NCBI GenBank assembly: GCA_002811645.1
Contig: PDIP01000122.1
Location: forward strand, 96,098 to 160,097
Length of the DNA stretch: 64,000 nt
Source: Corallochytrium limacisporum Hawaii
Taxonomy: Eukaryota > Protista > Pluriformea
Direction: 5' to 3'
This document shows, one piece after another, positions 21,201-29,801 of the stretch. The notes below the pieces were generated by a model. The model worked only from the letters and a program-made list of their open reading frames with translations, was not told where the DNA came from and did not search any database. The translations under genes and the position numbers were made by a program. The first letter of the stretch is position 1, and each line of letters begins with the position of its first letter.

Positions 21201-21765
21201 TTGGATTCGTCGCAGTCAGGAGACTTTCAATATCACTAGCTGCCCGACTGCAAAATATAAAGTAGCGCAGAGCGAGCTTGGTAGTCTCGGTCTTTCCTGC
21301 ACCGGACTCACCGCTAATCAATAGAGCCTGTGGCTTGGAGTACTTGCGCATGCGCTCGTAGGCCTGATCACACACGGCGTAGACGTGTGGGTCACGGTCC
21401 TGCAGTTCGTTTCCCCGGTATTGTATCATGACTTTCTCTCCATAAATATCAAGCTGCTTGTATGGATTCAGTGCCACCAAAATCTGTGCCGTATATGTGT
21501 AAATGATGCCCTCCTGATATCTCTGGCGAAGATTATGCAACAGACCTCCATCATGGAGTTCCGGTAGATCTATCATATCGTTGTAGTGCCGTCTCATAGC
21601 GGGATTCATTGGCCGCAATTCTTCGAATTTTTCCCTTGGAATGAGCAAGATCCTTTCATCTTCATCTCGTACTTTCATGCCACCATTTGTTAGCGACAGA
21701 ATACGGGCCCCCAAACGGACCTCGCCGCCAAGGGGAACCCAAACCCAGTCACCCTTTCGGACCAT
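15262..21765 (-). CDS. MYO7: Unconventional myosin, class VII-like (motor-IQs-MyTH4-FERM-SH3-MyTH4-FERM)
   Basis: GESGAGKTE, NDNSSRFGK, LDIFGFE; IQ motifs; two MyTH4 domains (KFMGD..RDEILCQ; RFMGD..RDEIFSQ); SH3 (LSFRPGDLI..GYFP); two FERM domains. Single 2167-aa ORF. Confidence 0.9.
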   Translation of the reverse strand: MVRKGDWVWVPLGGEVRLGARILSLTNGGMKVRDEDERILLIPREKFEELRPMNPAMRRHYNDMIDLPELHDGGLLHNLRQRYQEGIIYTYTAQILVALNPYKQLDIYGEKVMIQYRGNELQDRDPHVYAVCDQAYERMRKYSKPQALLISGESGAGKTETTKLALRYFIFCSRAASDIESLLTATNPIFEALGNAKTLRNDNSSRFGKFLSVEFKGGNITHASAQQFLLERSRLTFQSKGERNYHIFYQLVAGASETLKSRLFLKNVKDFKILTGGDCVSIDGVDDAVDFQEVIAGMKALNISDDRMDDYFTVLALLLHLGNLEFTGKGDGSSLKDSTHLQVALSLLGLEKSDLEDAICVRTTKLRHETYKNAISVAEAAKNVQILIQGVYASLFSEVVDAINMKISQGLASTRQRIGVLDIFGFEVFEQNSFEQLCINYANEALQQVFVQFVFKIEQDIYREEGINWETLDFQDNEPCLKMLFNSPVSIINLIDEETFFPRGTDESLYLKLEDNHNKDPYYQKLPGQDTVFGVHHYAGDVHYDCEGFLEKNKNRFGQDLLRVVTHSNLSLLTELFRDQIREIEQGASAKKKGTSVAARFAKSLQSLLKTLAEAEPSFIRCVKPNTEKKPLNFKSGLVLKQLRYSGMMETINVRKNGYAIRYEFADFVNVFWIVAPSARFRNVEMHEKCEEILNKGLPDQDWQIGYTKVFLKMKQAEELSRVKGMALRKYVVKIQRAARAWLDRKHFLEKRSATIAIQKWYRCARAREQYLYLRVCVRKLQNAWRVYKGASRIRLFRETMAKLTAMSKGYLVRQWLAQQKYIKAQDEARALRMAQYNANQMDDIMLMQATAMISSAFDFLEQEPEPIVEDDEEEGENTTSIMETDPEPADDISANNFKLFARQYFNGLDPFYTRQPLKRPLLALRTEQMRRRALKIFVHIQKFMGDIVEPKYFAISAEDADLDSPVDNRPCRKSKNARKEGRLSNSSLVSSIRGSNTSLNGMGQDKDGRKKRGSNISLGDLNGDSGMSRSSSRGSLFGLMKKKKDDDRDSVSSLGQLSGLHAHEASDLRKEDDIVVDDRKPGAMNGRLRAIIEPGIVDPNMRDEILCQIIKQLHRNPSASSRIRGFILLILVMGCFPPSQRFLPTLRAVLYFAPRKFVERAQYTLERCIMNGPRLHSPSVYETNMVKLRQPIAIKVMFVDDRSHNFVIDMSTTAKEVVHMIKSQLRQQNRYGFSLFISVSGIGTCIGSGNNKILDWVARAERRGEQMGIPARDNRFVIYYKKEMFPPWNEDLDAVSVQLEYLQITFGVASGAYPPRDEVLVNYLAMRIYIEFGGISKRNARNIEEVIPGWLPQGDEIKPEKWIRAAAEVIKNSSFAQRKASSLEVQQLMIDYIVKQYPLQFTRIYKDIKFLKPYSPDDAVAVAVGRMGIFVINENLEIMSKVAYADIIAIEEGYRLGSHKTRPIIVRTFSGVTFIMVCESNDFKEFITDILREHGKRSKYAVAKVNFKSPDDPSLLSFRPGDLITILKRPTKGRGLCYGECERTGAAGYFPLSYVHVLPVNEKPTPEMMNVISNSSLVFVQAVFQHNTLEEFAADYFTQRPDRKKNVTLPWEWDKNELPKACLKHVAEDPELEKAALAGNRSILRFMGDMSRKSNVSDFELLNNVVGLAIKVDALRDEIFSQVTKQITNNSNTVSEAKGWELMFALCGVTYPTPILISYIESILNCNSSRRIAAACLTRLHKIRRLPKRESLLHPLEYESVRNNAKPIHVEVHLPDTSYRRYEVFSYTRRGDLLTQVAHDLDFRSLDGFALFVRFPEEGLTACMHRDCFLFDFMNRVIVVNNIRIDAPFHVLIRRRAWRADEIGEDPVADNLFHYWQTIPNLHKGYYDVSRQEAIMCAVYQYIVKYGDDLPPTTSQVKRRVQRLMPTDLLPNQDMDQLVLDFQKAYRENRSLPAGKAKRSLLDLLKKHSAAGVAYFDGKQVFGKSSKSIVIGISPERIEIYEARNRGLLTRVNYGDISNWYARDDRIVVKGRAAATGEAVSVKFTSRSADEISDLITAYGVSIDREEHARGTKRGTLRGTFRRGGGNKSSAAKGGRRAAKQAAAAQKAGYGSVHVTQQTAGSAQPATESPAQEPQSAEARASAGGSSRQKAATDSALYTTAKKTEP

Positions 21766-23791
21766 TGTGTTGTTATGGGTGTTGTTTGATCAGTGATCAA
21801 GTCAATGTCTATAACTACCGTATACTATACTTTAAACATCGTTCGCAAAAGAAGAAACTCCAATCGCTCGCGTCGAAACAGAATATTTTATGTTCCTCTC
21901 TGACGAAACTCATACTTGGGGATGAACGACACCAAAAACTGAAACTTACAGTGCACACCAAATACCAGCATACAGCGAGTGTCCTATTTCTTGGTTTCTA
22001 TAAAACAAACACGCAAGACACCAGTGTTCAACTCTCTGCATGGAGACCAGCCGTGGAATGACCGAGACTCCGCTGTCATCCTTGGTATGGATCTCTGGAT
22101 GAATTTGCGATGCCCACGGAGGGCGCCTCGTTTCTTTTCCTTCCCGTCGTTCATTTAATTCTCCTTTCTTGGTGCAACCCCTCCGTTGGTGCTGGAGCAC
22201 TTGAGAACACTTCTTCCTCAGTGCGCCTCCCACACAAACTTTCCTCGCTCTCTCGGGCGCGGTGCTGCACAGACCCCGCGCATATAGACAAGCAGTACAA
22301 AACACACCCGTGTCTCCCATCTTCATCCCCCCAACTCAACGTAACGCACGAACGCGGCACGCACCAGTGCCAGTGCTATGAAACCTTCCCCAACAACGGC
22401 ACCACCAACATCAACCCAGGCTCCCTTTCCTCCCGCCTCCACGCCCCTTGCCCGGAGTACCTATTCCAGGAGTACTACCGTTTTTTTGCTCGCCGTCCAG
22501 AAAAGATTTTTAACGTCGCGGGATTTCAGGCCCGGTTGTGAAGGAGCTGGGTAAACGAGAACTGGGGGGCTACTTTCTGCCTTCAACCGACGAGCAACAA
22601 CAAAAGGGGAGTGTTGATTTCCGCGTAGATTACTCGTAAAGTTGCCTCTTACTGAGACCCGCAGAGTCTGGGCACTCACCTGTTTGTATATTAATGGTTA
22701 TATATCTATTAGTGCGGCGGGATGGAGGCAGGAATAAAAACATGCGAAGCCGAATGAACTGACAGGGTGTCAAGATTTGCGACTGCGGATCGCTCGCACG
22801 CCGATATGAGACTTTGTTTTATCACTAAAGCCTTTTCTTTCGAAAGCATCCCACCCAGAACACAAGATTACAAAGTTAACTTCGTGACGGGGGTATGCAT
22901 GCTTGCATTGCATGTTCAAGTCGGCCGGAAATCATTGCGGCAAGTGAGCTTGTCACAATTGTGGTAGCCCTTTGAATCCCATCAAAAGGACCTCCGTCCA
23001 TTGAGTAGGGGGGGAAATTAATCCTCGAACCTGGAGTGTTGAGGAATTTAAAAACAATGGAACGAAAACAAGCATGGCGGTCCGCAAGTTCTAGAAAATG
23101 CGCGTTTATTTGTGTGACCGACGTGTGCTCAGTACTCTCAGTATTCATTCGTGTCCACTGGCGGACCAACACCAGGCAAGGGTCTACAGGCAGGCCCACG
23201 GCCAACACCACACAGCCACAACGGGACAAGGTCTGGGGCCCTTCTCTATCGAACCACCGCCCGTGTCCATTTCCAAAGAGAAGATGAAGGACTGGTCGCC
23301 TCGGGATACACAAAAAACATATCTTCCGGTTTCCATATAAAGTATGATGTCATTTCCATAGTGTATATATCTCCCTTTGTTAATCCGGGAACCAAAAAGG
23401 ACCTCGCCATGAACAGAAAAGGACCCCACCGTCAGGCAGCGCGATACGGACTCCATGGTTTTCTATTTGACTTGGTACCTTGCGGTGAATGGTAACATCC
23501 GAATGCGCCGGTACGGGAATTTTTTAACAGAAGAGTGGGGCTTTGAAAAGTGAGAAAAATGGAACCCCACACTCCACAGACTTGTAGGAAACCTGGCGAG
23601 TGTTAGGGGGGTCTCAACGACGAGCAGCTCTCAGCTAAGGGCGCGAAAGGTATCAGAGCTTCTTGCTGGTTATTTGTCCCGGATCAGGTTCCCACGATCA
23701 GAACAGCAGTATGTCATGGGTCTAAGAATTGTATTATATGCTCAGTGTCGCGAAATGGTGACAGTAGATACTTTCCCCAAGTGCTGGAGCA

Positions 23792-25027
23792 ATGACTGCA
23801 GAAGTGACGTACGGAGTAGTCTTTCTGCTCTCATATCTTTTTGCTCTCTATCACCGATTTCTGCCGAATCTTGAATCAAAGAGAGTTTATAGGCTTATCC
23901 TCGGCATATGTACAGTCTTATTGACCGCTGAGACAGTCTTGCACTATTTTTTAACATGCACTGTGGTCTATACTATACTTTTGTTTGGCCCGCGTAGCCG
24001 TACCACGGGATGGGCAGTATTCGGTTTCGTTTTCGGATATCTGTTAATCTTTCGAAAATTCTACAACGAGCTTGGTCTCCCGGCACCAGGACCAATTTCT
24101 AATGCCTTCCAACTGGTATTGTCGCTGAGGCTGATCGCATACGGATTCACTTACGTAGAGGGCAGTGGGACTACCAGAAGTCCGTCATTGTCGGTCTTTG
24201 ACTTTATGGCGTACGCTAGCGATCTGTTCGGAATCTGCTCCGGTCCATTTGTGTCATACGAAGCATACATAGATAGCCTGTCTCCAGTTGTAACCCGGAG
24301 GCAAACGCCATTCAGTGAGGCTTTTGCATGTTTTGCGGAAGGTACAATCTGGCTGGGGATCATGGCACTTGTCAACACAATCATGCCCTGGAGGCTTCTG
24401 TGGGATTCCGAGTTTGCACAAGAGTATAAGGGTTTGAGATATTTTGGATATTTAATCATTACGGGTGCCACCTTTCGGTTTAGATTCTACGGTGCGTGGA
24501 AACTTGCAGAGGGTGCATTTGTGCTAGCAGGCTACGACGCCACGAAACGTTCTCGAAATGCGGCCAATAACATTCACCCCTTGAAGATAGAGACATCAAC
24601 CAACATCCGGTCTATCATGCTGCACTGGAATGTGAGCGTGCAACGGTGGCTGACTCGCTTCGTGTACAAGGAAATGAACGCACCCCGCTTGGTTCGTCAG
24701 CTTGCTGTGGTGTCGACATCGGCCTTCTGGCACGGCCTAGAATTTGGACACTACGCCTTTTTCCTGCAACTCCCGCTCTATATCTACGTTGAGGAGAGTT
24801 TGGCAGCGGTAAACTGGCCCTGGCGGAAATGGCGCAATGGTGCTACTGTGGAGCGGATCCTTTCTTGGAGTCTTGTGATGCCATCGTTGGATTTTCTGGG
24901 CGTCTCTTTCATGGCCTTATCATTTAAGAGAACCATGGTTGCATGGCAAGCGGTATACTTCGGTCAGTACTGGGCTGCCTTCGTGCTAGTCTTGGTGTCT
25001 TCAATAATGAAACAGGCGGGATACTAG
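23792..25027 (+). CDS. MBOAT7: MBOAT lysophospholipid acyltransferase, MBOAT7/LPIAT1-like
   Basis: NAFQLVLSLRL, GPF, FRFRFYGAWKLAE, WNVSVQRWL, SAFWHG. Confidence 0.8.
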   Translation: MTAEVTYGVVFLLSYLFALYHRFLPNLESKRVYRLILGICTVLLTAETVLHYFLTCTVVYTILLFGPRSRTTGWAVFGFVFGYLLIFRKFYNELGLPAPGPISNAFQLVLSLRLIAYGFTYVEGSGTTRSPSLSVFDFMAYASDLFGICSGPFVSYEAYIDSLSPVVTRRQTPFSEAFACFAEGTIWLGIMALVNTIMPWRLLWDSEFAQEYKGLRYFGYLIITGATFRFRFYGAWKLAEGAFVLAGYDATKRSRNAANNIHPLKIETSTNIRSIMLHWNVSVQRWLTRFVYKEMNAPRLVRQLAVVSTSAFWHGLEFGHYAFFLQLPLYIYVEESLAAVNWPWRKWRNGATVERILSWSLVMPSLDFLGVSFMALSFKRTMVAWQAVYFGQYWAAFVLVLVSSIMKQAGY

Positions 25028-25114
25028 TACCATTTCCTATTTGTTAAGATAAATCAGACTTTATTTCGAATATGCGGCAGGTCCGCTACCAGAGCAGAGC
25101 AGCGTTAGTATGTT

Positions 25115-26086
25115 CTACATATCGCCCGCACTGATTGCAAGGGCCATTCGCAAGTCGTCGTCCATTTCCTCATCACTGCCGTCTGCGTAACTCTTGGTAG
25201 TGGCAGTTGTGCGACGGGACCGGTTGGACCGTGTGGCCCGTGCAGAAACTTCATCCTCCTTCTTCTGCTTCTTTGTCATCTTCGGCACGAAGTCTGTCAC
25301 AGATGCTTGCTTTCGACCCCTGGGTTTGGAGGCAGGAGTAGTCTTTGGCTGCCTCTTGGTCATGACAGGCTTTTCCTCTTCATCAATGTTCATGGCAGAC
25401 ACGTCATTCTCCTTTTCGGATTCGCCAGTAGCGCTGATGGTGCGCTCTGTCTTTCCCTCGTCGTCTTTTTCTGTCATTTCAGTGTCTTCCTTACCTGTTT
25501 CGACCTCTTCCTCGGCTGCCTCAGCCTCTTCCTCCATTGTAACCTCTCCGTTCAATGTTTTCAGTTTCATCTGCAGATATTCCAGCTCCCGACGCTTTCG
25601 CTCGAGGAAGAACTTAGCATAAGCAGCATCAGAGCCCAAATGTTCAATGTCTTCGCGCATATCTTTGATCACAATGCCCTGAGAGACCCGCTTGGAGATC
25701 TGATACTCCGTTCGGTTTTGTTCGCGCTTTTTCTTCATCAGCTCTGGAGCGAGGTAGCGACCGGTATTGACGATCATGCCGTTCTTACGACGAACATCAG
25801 GTCCATCAACGTCATTGTTCCTTTTACCAATTACTGTAGGATCCATAGAAATGCCCATGAACTCTGCAGTTGACTGCTGTCCAAGCATGCGCTGCATCTG
25901 AAGATTCAATTGGGAATTGCTCTTACCGAACATTGATCCCGATTCAATAATGTCGCTCCATTTTCCAATGCCAAATCGAACAGCGCAGCGACGCAGCATC
26001 TGACTCTCAAATTCGCTCCATCCTGGACTCAGTGTGAAGTTATATAGTGACTTAGAGTCATTGCTCACCACTGACGCCTTCATCAT
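25115..26086 (-). CDS. p1/AMTP1-like accessory subunit of the MTA1c/AMT1 DNA N6-adenine methyltransferase complex
   Basis: First ATG at 26086. SKSLYNFTLSPGW..FGIGKWSDIIESG..GKS..Q..LQMQRMLGQQSTAEFMG..RKNGMIVNTG matches the Myb/homeobox-like domain of ciliate p1 as recalled (SKSLWNYTLSPGW..FGIGKW..QRLLGQQS..RKN..INTG). Acidic/basic disordered tail. Confidence 0.85.
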   Translation of the reverse strand: MMKASVVSNDSKSLYNFTLSPGWSEFESQMLRRCAVRFGIGKWSDIIESGSMFGKSNSQLNLQMQRMLGQQSTAEFMGISMDPTVIGKRNNDVDGPDVRRKNGMIVNTGRYLAPELMKKKREQNRTEYQISKRVSQGIVIKDMREDIEHLGSDAAYAKFFLERKRRELEYLQMKLKTLNGEVTMEEEAEAAEEEVETGKEDTEMTEKDDEGKTERTISATGESEKENDVSAMNIDEEEKPVMTKRQPKTTPASKPRGRKQASVTDFVPKMTKKQKKEDEVSARATRSNRSRRTTATTKSYADGSDEEMDDDLRMALAISAGDM

Positions 26087-26340
26087 GACTTTCTCGAGAC
26101 CGATCCCTTTAGACAAGAAATCTCAGTTGCCATATTTTCCTTGGGAGTCCCTATTATTTTCTTTCTTGTCTTTCGGACCTAAACACCTTGTATTTGTCTT
26201 TACGCGACTAACATCTTGGCTCAAAACAGTTCCTTTTCACTTTGTGGGACTCATGCGCACTCCGGCGGTCACTTGTTTGCCCGCCATTGGCATATGTTCC
26301 AGAATTCCCTCAAGTCGTCGGCCCTGCCTCCCTTCGAAAA

Positions 26341-26348
26341 TTTCGCGC
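26341..26348. promoter_or_regulatory. E2F-consensus site upstream of the p1-like gene
   Basis: TTTCGCGC about 255 bp upstream of the ATG. Confidence 0.45.
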
Positions 26349-26650
26349 TCAAAAAAAAGGAGAGGTACCTTGCCCCCCAATCCCCGCCCTGGGGAGTCTA
26401 GCACTCTGTGGAGAATCCTTGAGGTGAAGGGAGTCCAATTGTTGGAGTGGGCGAAAAGGGAGGGAATGGGGATCAAGTGAGTATAGCGGTCGCCACCCTC
26501 AAAAGATAAATATGGGGAACCAACCGAAAATCCGTAAGATGGATTGGATGCTCCTTTGCGTAATGATGATGGAATGAAAATGATAGTGTCTTGGATTCTT
26601 GAAACTATAGTATGATGTACAATTTACAGGGTGCCCTCTACCAACCGAGA

Positions 26651-27556
26651 TTACTTACTCTGCGGCATCTCCAGTGCTTCAAAGTGGCTCCGCGCATTGG
26701 CAATATTGAACAGAGATGCCGCCGATGAGATGCTGGTGTCAGACATGATGACCATAATGTATGTGTTGCTCGTGAAGGAATCGATGAAGGCAACAAAATT
26801 GCTGTTCTTCACTTCCATGTCTTCTAGTTTTGCCTGTGCCTTACTACAGCTGAGCTTGAATTGTTTGATAATATTTGAAATCTTCTCAAACCTGTGAACA
26901 TCCGGATGCTGCACTCGACTGACGTGTGACACTACCAAAAAAGTGGCCCGTTCGAACAGAACCACCTCGTCTGCTTCCATCAGCTGCGCAAATACCTTGA
27001 GATTGGCCTCCAACTGGTTGACGTTGGGCATCAGCGAGTACACGATAGACGACCACGCCCGGTACAGCGTCTCATCCCAAATCGACGTCCGAAAACATTC
27101 TACCTGCAAAGGTTGGGACCTTCGCTTCAGCTCGTAGTCCTTCTCAGCGAAAGTGGCATTACGTTCATCTTCTGGCACCAGATCCATCTTGTGAATCAAA
27201 CAAAAGATTTTTGCATTCTTACTGTTCTCCTGAATGGCCTTTAGGCATTCGTAATAGTCCGCCATGTCCTTCTCAAACTCCTTGCTCTCAATATCAAACA
27301 CATAAATCAAGACTTCCACGTTCTTGAAGATGTGATCGCGCTGGCTTGCAAAATATTTCTCCATGAACAGTTCCTGACCGCCACAATCCCAGAGGTTCAG
27401 AACTAGATTTCCCAAGAAGCGAACATGAGAGTGTTCAACATCAATGGTAGCACCCAAACGGCGTGTATCCCGAGCTATATAATTGGCAAAGATAATGGAC
27501 CGCATAGAGGTCTTGCCTGAGCCGCTCTTGCCCATCAAAAGCACTTTCTTCTTCAT
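26651..27556 (-). CDS. RRAGA: Rag GTPase RagA/B (Gtr1)
   Basis: [65 protein letters not shown]. Confidence 0.97.
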   Translation of the reverse strand: MKKKVLLMGKSGSGKTSMRSIIFANYIARDTRRLGATIDVEHSHVRFLGNLVLNLWDCGGQELFMEKYFASQRDHIFKNVEVLIYVFDIESKEFEKDMADYYECLKAIQENSKNAKIFCLIHKMDLVPEDERNATFAEKDYELKRRSQPLQVECFRTSIWDETLYRAWSSIVYSLMPNVNQLEANLKVFAQLMEADEVVLFERATFLVVSHVSRVQHPDVHRFEKISNIIKQFKLSCSKAQAKLEDMEVKNSNFVAFIDSFTSNTYIMVIMSDTSISSAASLFNIANARSHFEALEMPQSK

Positions 27557-28016
27557 GACTAATCTTGTGACACAGTGAGAGTTGCCGATGTCTGCCGGTA
27601 ATTACGCGTATTTCTTCGCTTGCGTTGCCTTTTTTCTTGAAGTTTTATACATGGAATACGTCGACCGTTGTGGAATTCCTGCGACGCTTTGCAAGGATGT
27701 CAATTGGACATCGACCGACAAGGTAAGAACTGCGGCGCTGGCAATGATCGAAATTGACCAGTGCTACCCAGATGCCTGGGGTCTCCACACTAATTGCTTC
27801 GCACTACTGCCTCCCTACAAACTCTCTGTCCCTGGCTATAGCCAATGAACCAGAACTGGAGGCATAACACATTTTTGGAGATTTTAGTACTCTCGGATAT
27901 TCATTATTCAGGGTGTCGTGCATACTAAATGTACTGATTTGCCCCAGTTTCGGTACGTTAAGTACTACGTGCTTGTGAGACCCGCCACCGTCCCCGAGAC
28001 CGCGCGGGCCGCCCCA

Positions 28017-28031
28017 CCCCCCCCCCCCCCC
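28017..28031. repeat. poly(dC:dG) tract C15 in the RagA/UTP18 divergent promoter
   Basis: Direct sequence. Confidence 0.85.
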
Positions 28032-28282
28032 AAATGGCAACCTCACCACGCAGTCCTTGACCGCATGAACTGGGGGAAGCAAGCCTCTATATTTACGTCA
28101 TGATTCTCTTCACAAGGACTAATACAAGCTATGTCAAGTCCATCATTAGCATAACCACACTTATTACATGGGTGAACGATTTGTTTAATGGAAATCTTAA
28201 ATTTGTTATCAAGATTATGTGATGCACGAAAGAGAACACGGTGCTTCAAGTGAATAGTAGTCTTAGCCACTTATCAGCAACC

Positions 28283-29716
28283 ATGCTTAGGCGTCGTAAG
28301 CGCACAACAACCGATCGTGAACAAAAAGATCAAAGCAGTTACGTAGTAACCAAGAAACAGAAGGCCTCAGTGAGTCTGACGCAACAAGTCTTTGGCAAAT
28401 CGAAAGGAGAAAACGTCGATATCAGAAAGACTTTGCAGGCAGTGATAGTGCCCGAGGAATCCAAGAAAGAAACTTCTGAAATTGTTCCAGCATGGCATGA
28501 CTCAGACGATGATGAAGATATTATTGACATAAATACAGTCGCGGGACGACGGAAATTGCGCAAGAACGAGGGCGAGAAAGTCGTGACGGGCATCCAATAC
28601 GAAGGACGGTTGCGGGTGTTGTACAAACAGCTTCATCCACAGCCTGCCTGGGCTCAACTCCGTGATGGCGTGAACAAGTATAGCGGCACCATGAGTACCA
28701 TCACAGAGGGACTAAAGCGTGTGAGCGAGTTATCCACGGACCGTCTGAACGTCAGCCGTCTGGGCGACCTCGAACTCCAGCTTGACGTTGTGGCTAAGAG
28801 CTTGAGCTTCAATCCTCACTCCCGAATGCTCGCAGTGGGGTCCCTGGACCGTCATGTCCGTGTCTTTGAGATTGATGGTTTACACAATCGCATGCTCTTC
28901 AGCGTCAAAGTTGCAGACCTACCCATCCACAAGATCGCTTTCCACAGAACAGGCAGGGAAATTATCATATCCGGACGCCGTCCTCACTTTTATGTACTGC
29001 AGATGGCTACGGGAGCAGTGAGCAAAGTCTCGCAAGTGCTTGGTGCCCAGGACGAGATCACCACCCTGGAGAATTATAGCACAAGTCGGAATGGCAGGTT
29101 TATCGCGTGGACCGGCAGCGAGGGAGCTATCTATGTGCTCAACGGCCGCAGCAAGCAGCACTTAGACACTCTGCGCATCCAGGGACAGGTCAGGACCATT
29201 TGCTTTAATCAAGATTCTTCTCTGCTCTTTGCAGCAGGTACTGCGGGTAAGGTCTTTGTGTTTGACACGAAGACGCTCAAGTGCGTCCACACGTTCCAAG
29301 ACCAGGGCAGTGCATTTGGCGGTGCCAATGTCAGTGCAATTGCTGTGGATCCGAAGAATGAGACTATTTGCATCGGATCTGACAGTGGTGTGGTGAACAT
29401 CTATGACCTGGACGTGGTACTGGTGGAAAAGAACCCAAGCCCGCGAAAGTCTCTGATGAACCTGACCACTTGCATTGCTGGTATTGTGTACAGCCCGGAT
29501 GGTCGCATTGCTGTGTTCTGGAGTAAAGAAAGAAAGGACAGCCTGCGCTGTTTACACACGGCGTCAGGCACAGTCTTCGGCAACTGGCCCACCGCTAAGA
29601 CACCGCTTGGTTACGTCGCGGACGTGGTATTCAGCTGCAATGGTGGCATTTTATGTATTGGTAATGCCAAGGGGAAGGTGCTCCTCTATCGCCTCAAGGA
29701 TTGGAGTGAGATTTAA
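28283..29716 (+). CDS. UTP18: U3 snoRNP/SSU processome WD40 protein UTP18
   Basis: ATG at 28283; PAWHDSDD, RRKLRK..YEGRLR..PAWA, GSDSGVVNIY, NLTT, TVFGNWP, GNAKGKVLLYRL. Confidence 0.92.
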   Translation: MLRRRKRTTTDREQKDQSSYVVTKKQKASVSLTQQVFGKSKGENVDIRKTLQAVIVPEESKKETSEIVPAWHDSDDDEDIIDINTVAGRRKLRKNEGEKVVTGIQYEGRLRVLYKQLHPQPAWAQLRDGVNKYSGTMSTITEGLKRVSELSTDRLNVSRLGDLELQLDVVAKSLSFNPHSRMLAVGSLDRHVRVFEIDGLHNRMLFSVKVADLPIHKIAFHRTGREIIISGRRPHFYVLQMATGAVSKVSQVLGAQDEITTLENYSTSRNGRFIAWTGSEGAIYVLNGRSKQHLDTLRIQGQVRTICFNQDSSLLFAAGTAGKVFVFDTKTLKCVHTFQDQGSAFGGANVSAIAVDPKNETICIGSDSGVVNIYDLDVVLVEKNPSPRKSLMNLTTCIAGIVYSPDGRIAVFWSKERKDSLRCLHTASGTVFGNWPTAKTPLGYVADVVFSCNGGILCIGNAKGKVLLYRLKDWSEI

Positions 29717-29801
29717 TCGTAAACATTCTGGGAAACTAAAGAAAGTTACAAGTTATGGAATGCTAATATTGACATCTAGGATATGATGATGTATGTAAAA
29801 T

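Noticed and set aside
21687-23495. Short ORFs between the myosin and MBOAT7 genes
   Set aside because: Low-complexity, mutually overlapping and motif-free; consistent with divergent promoter/UTR DNA.
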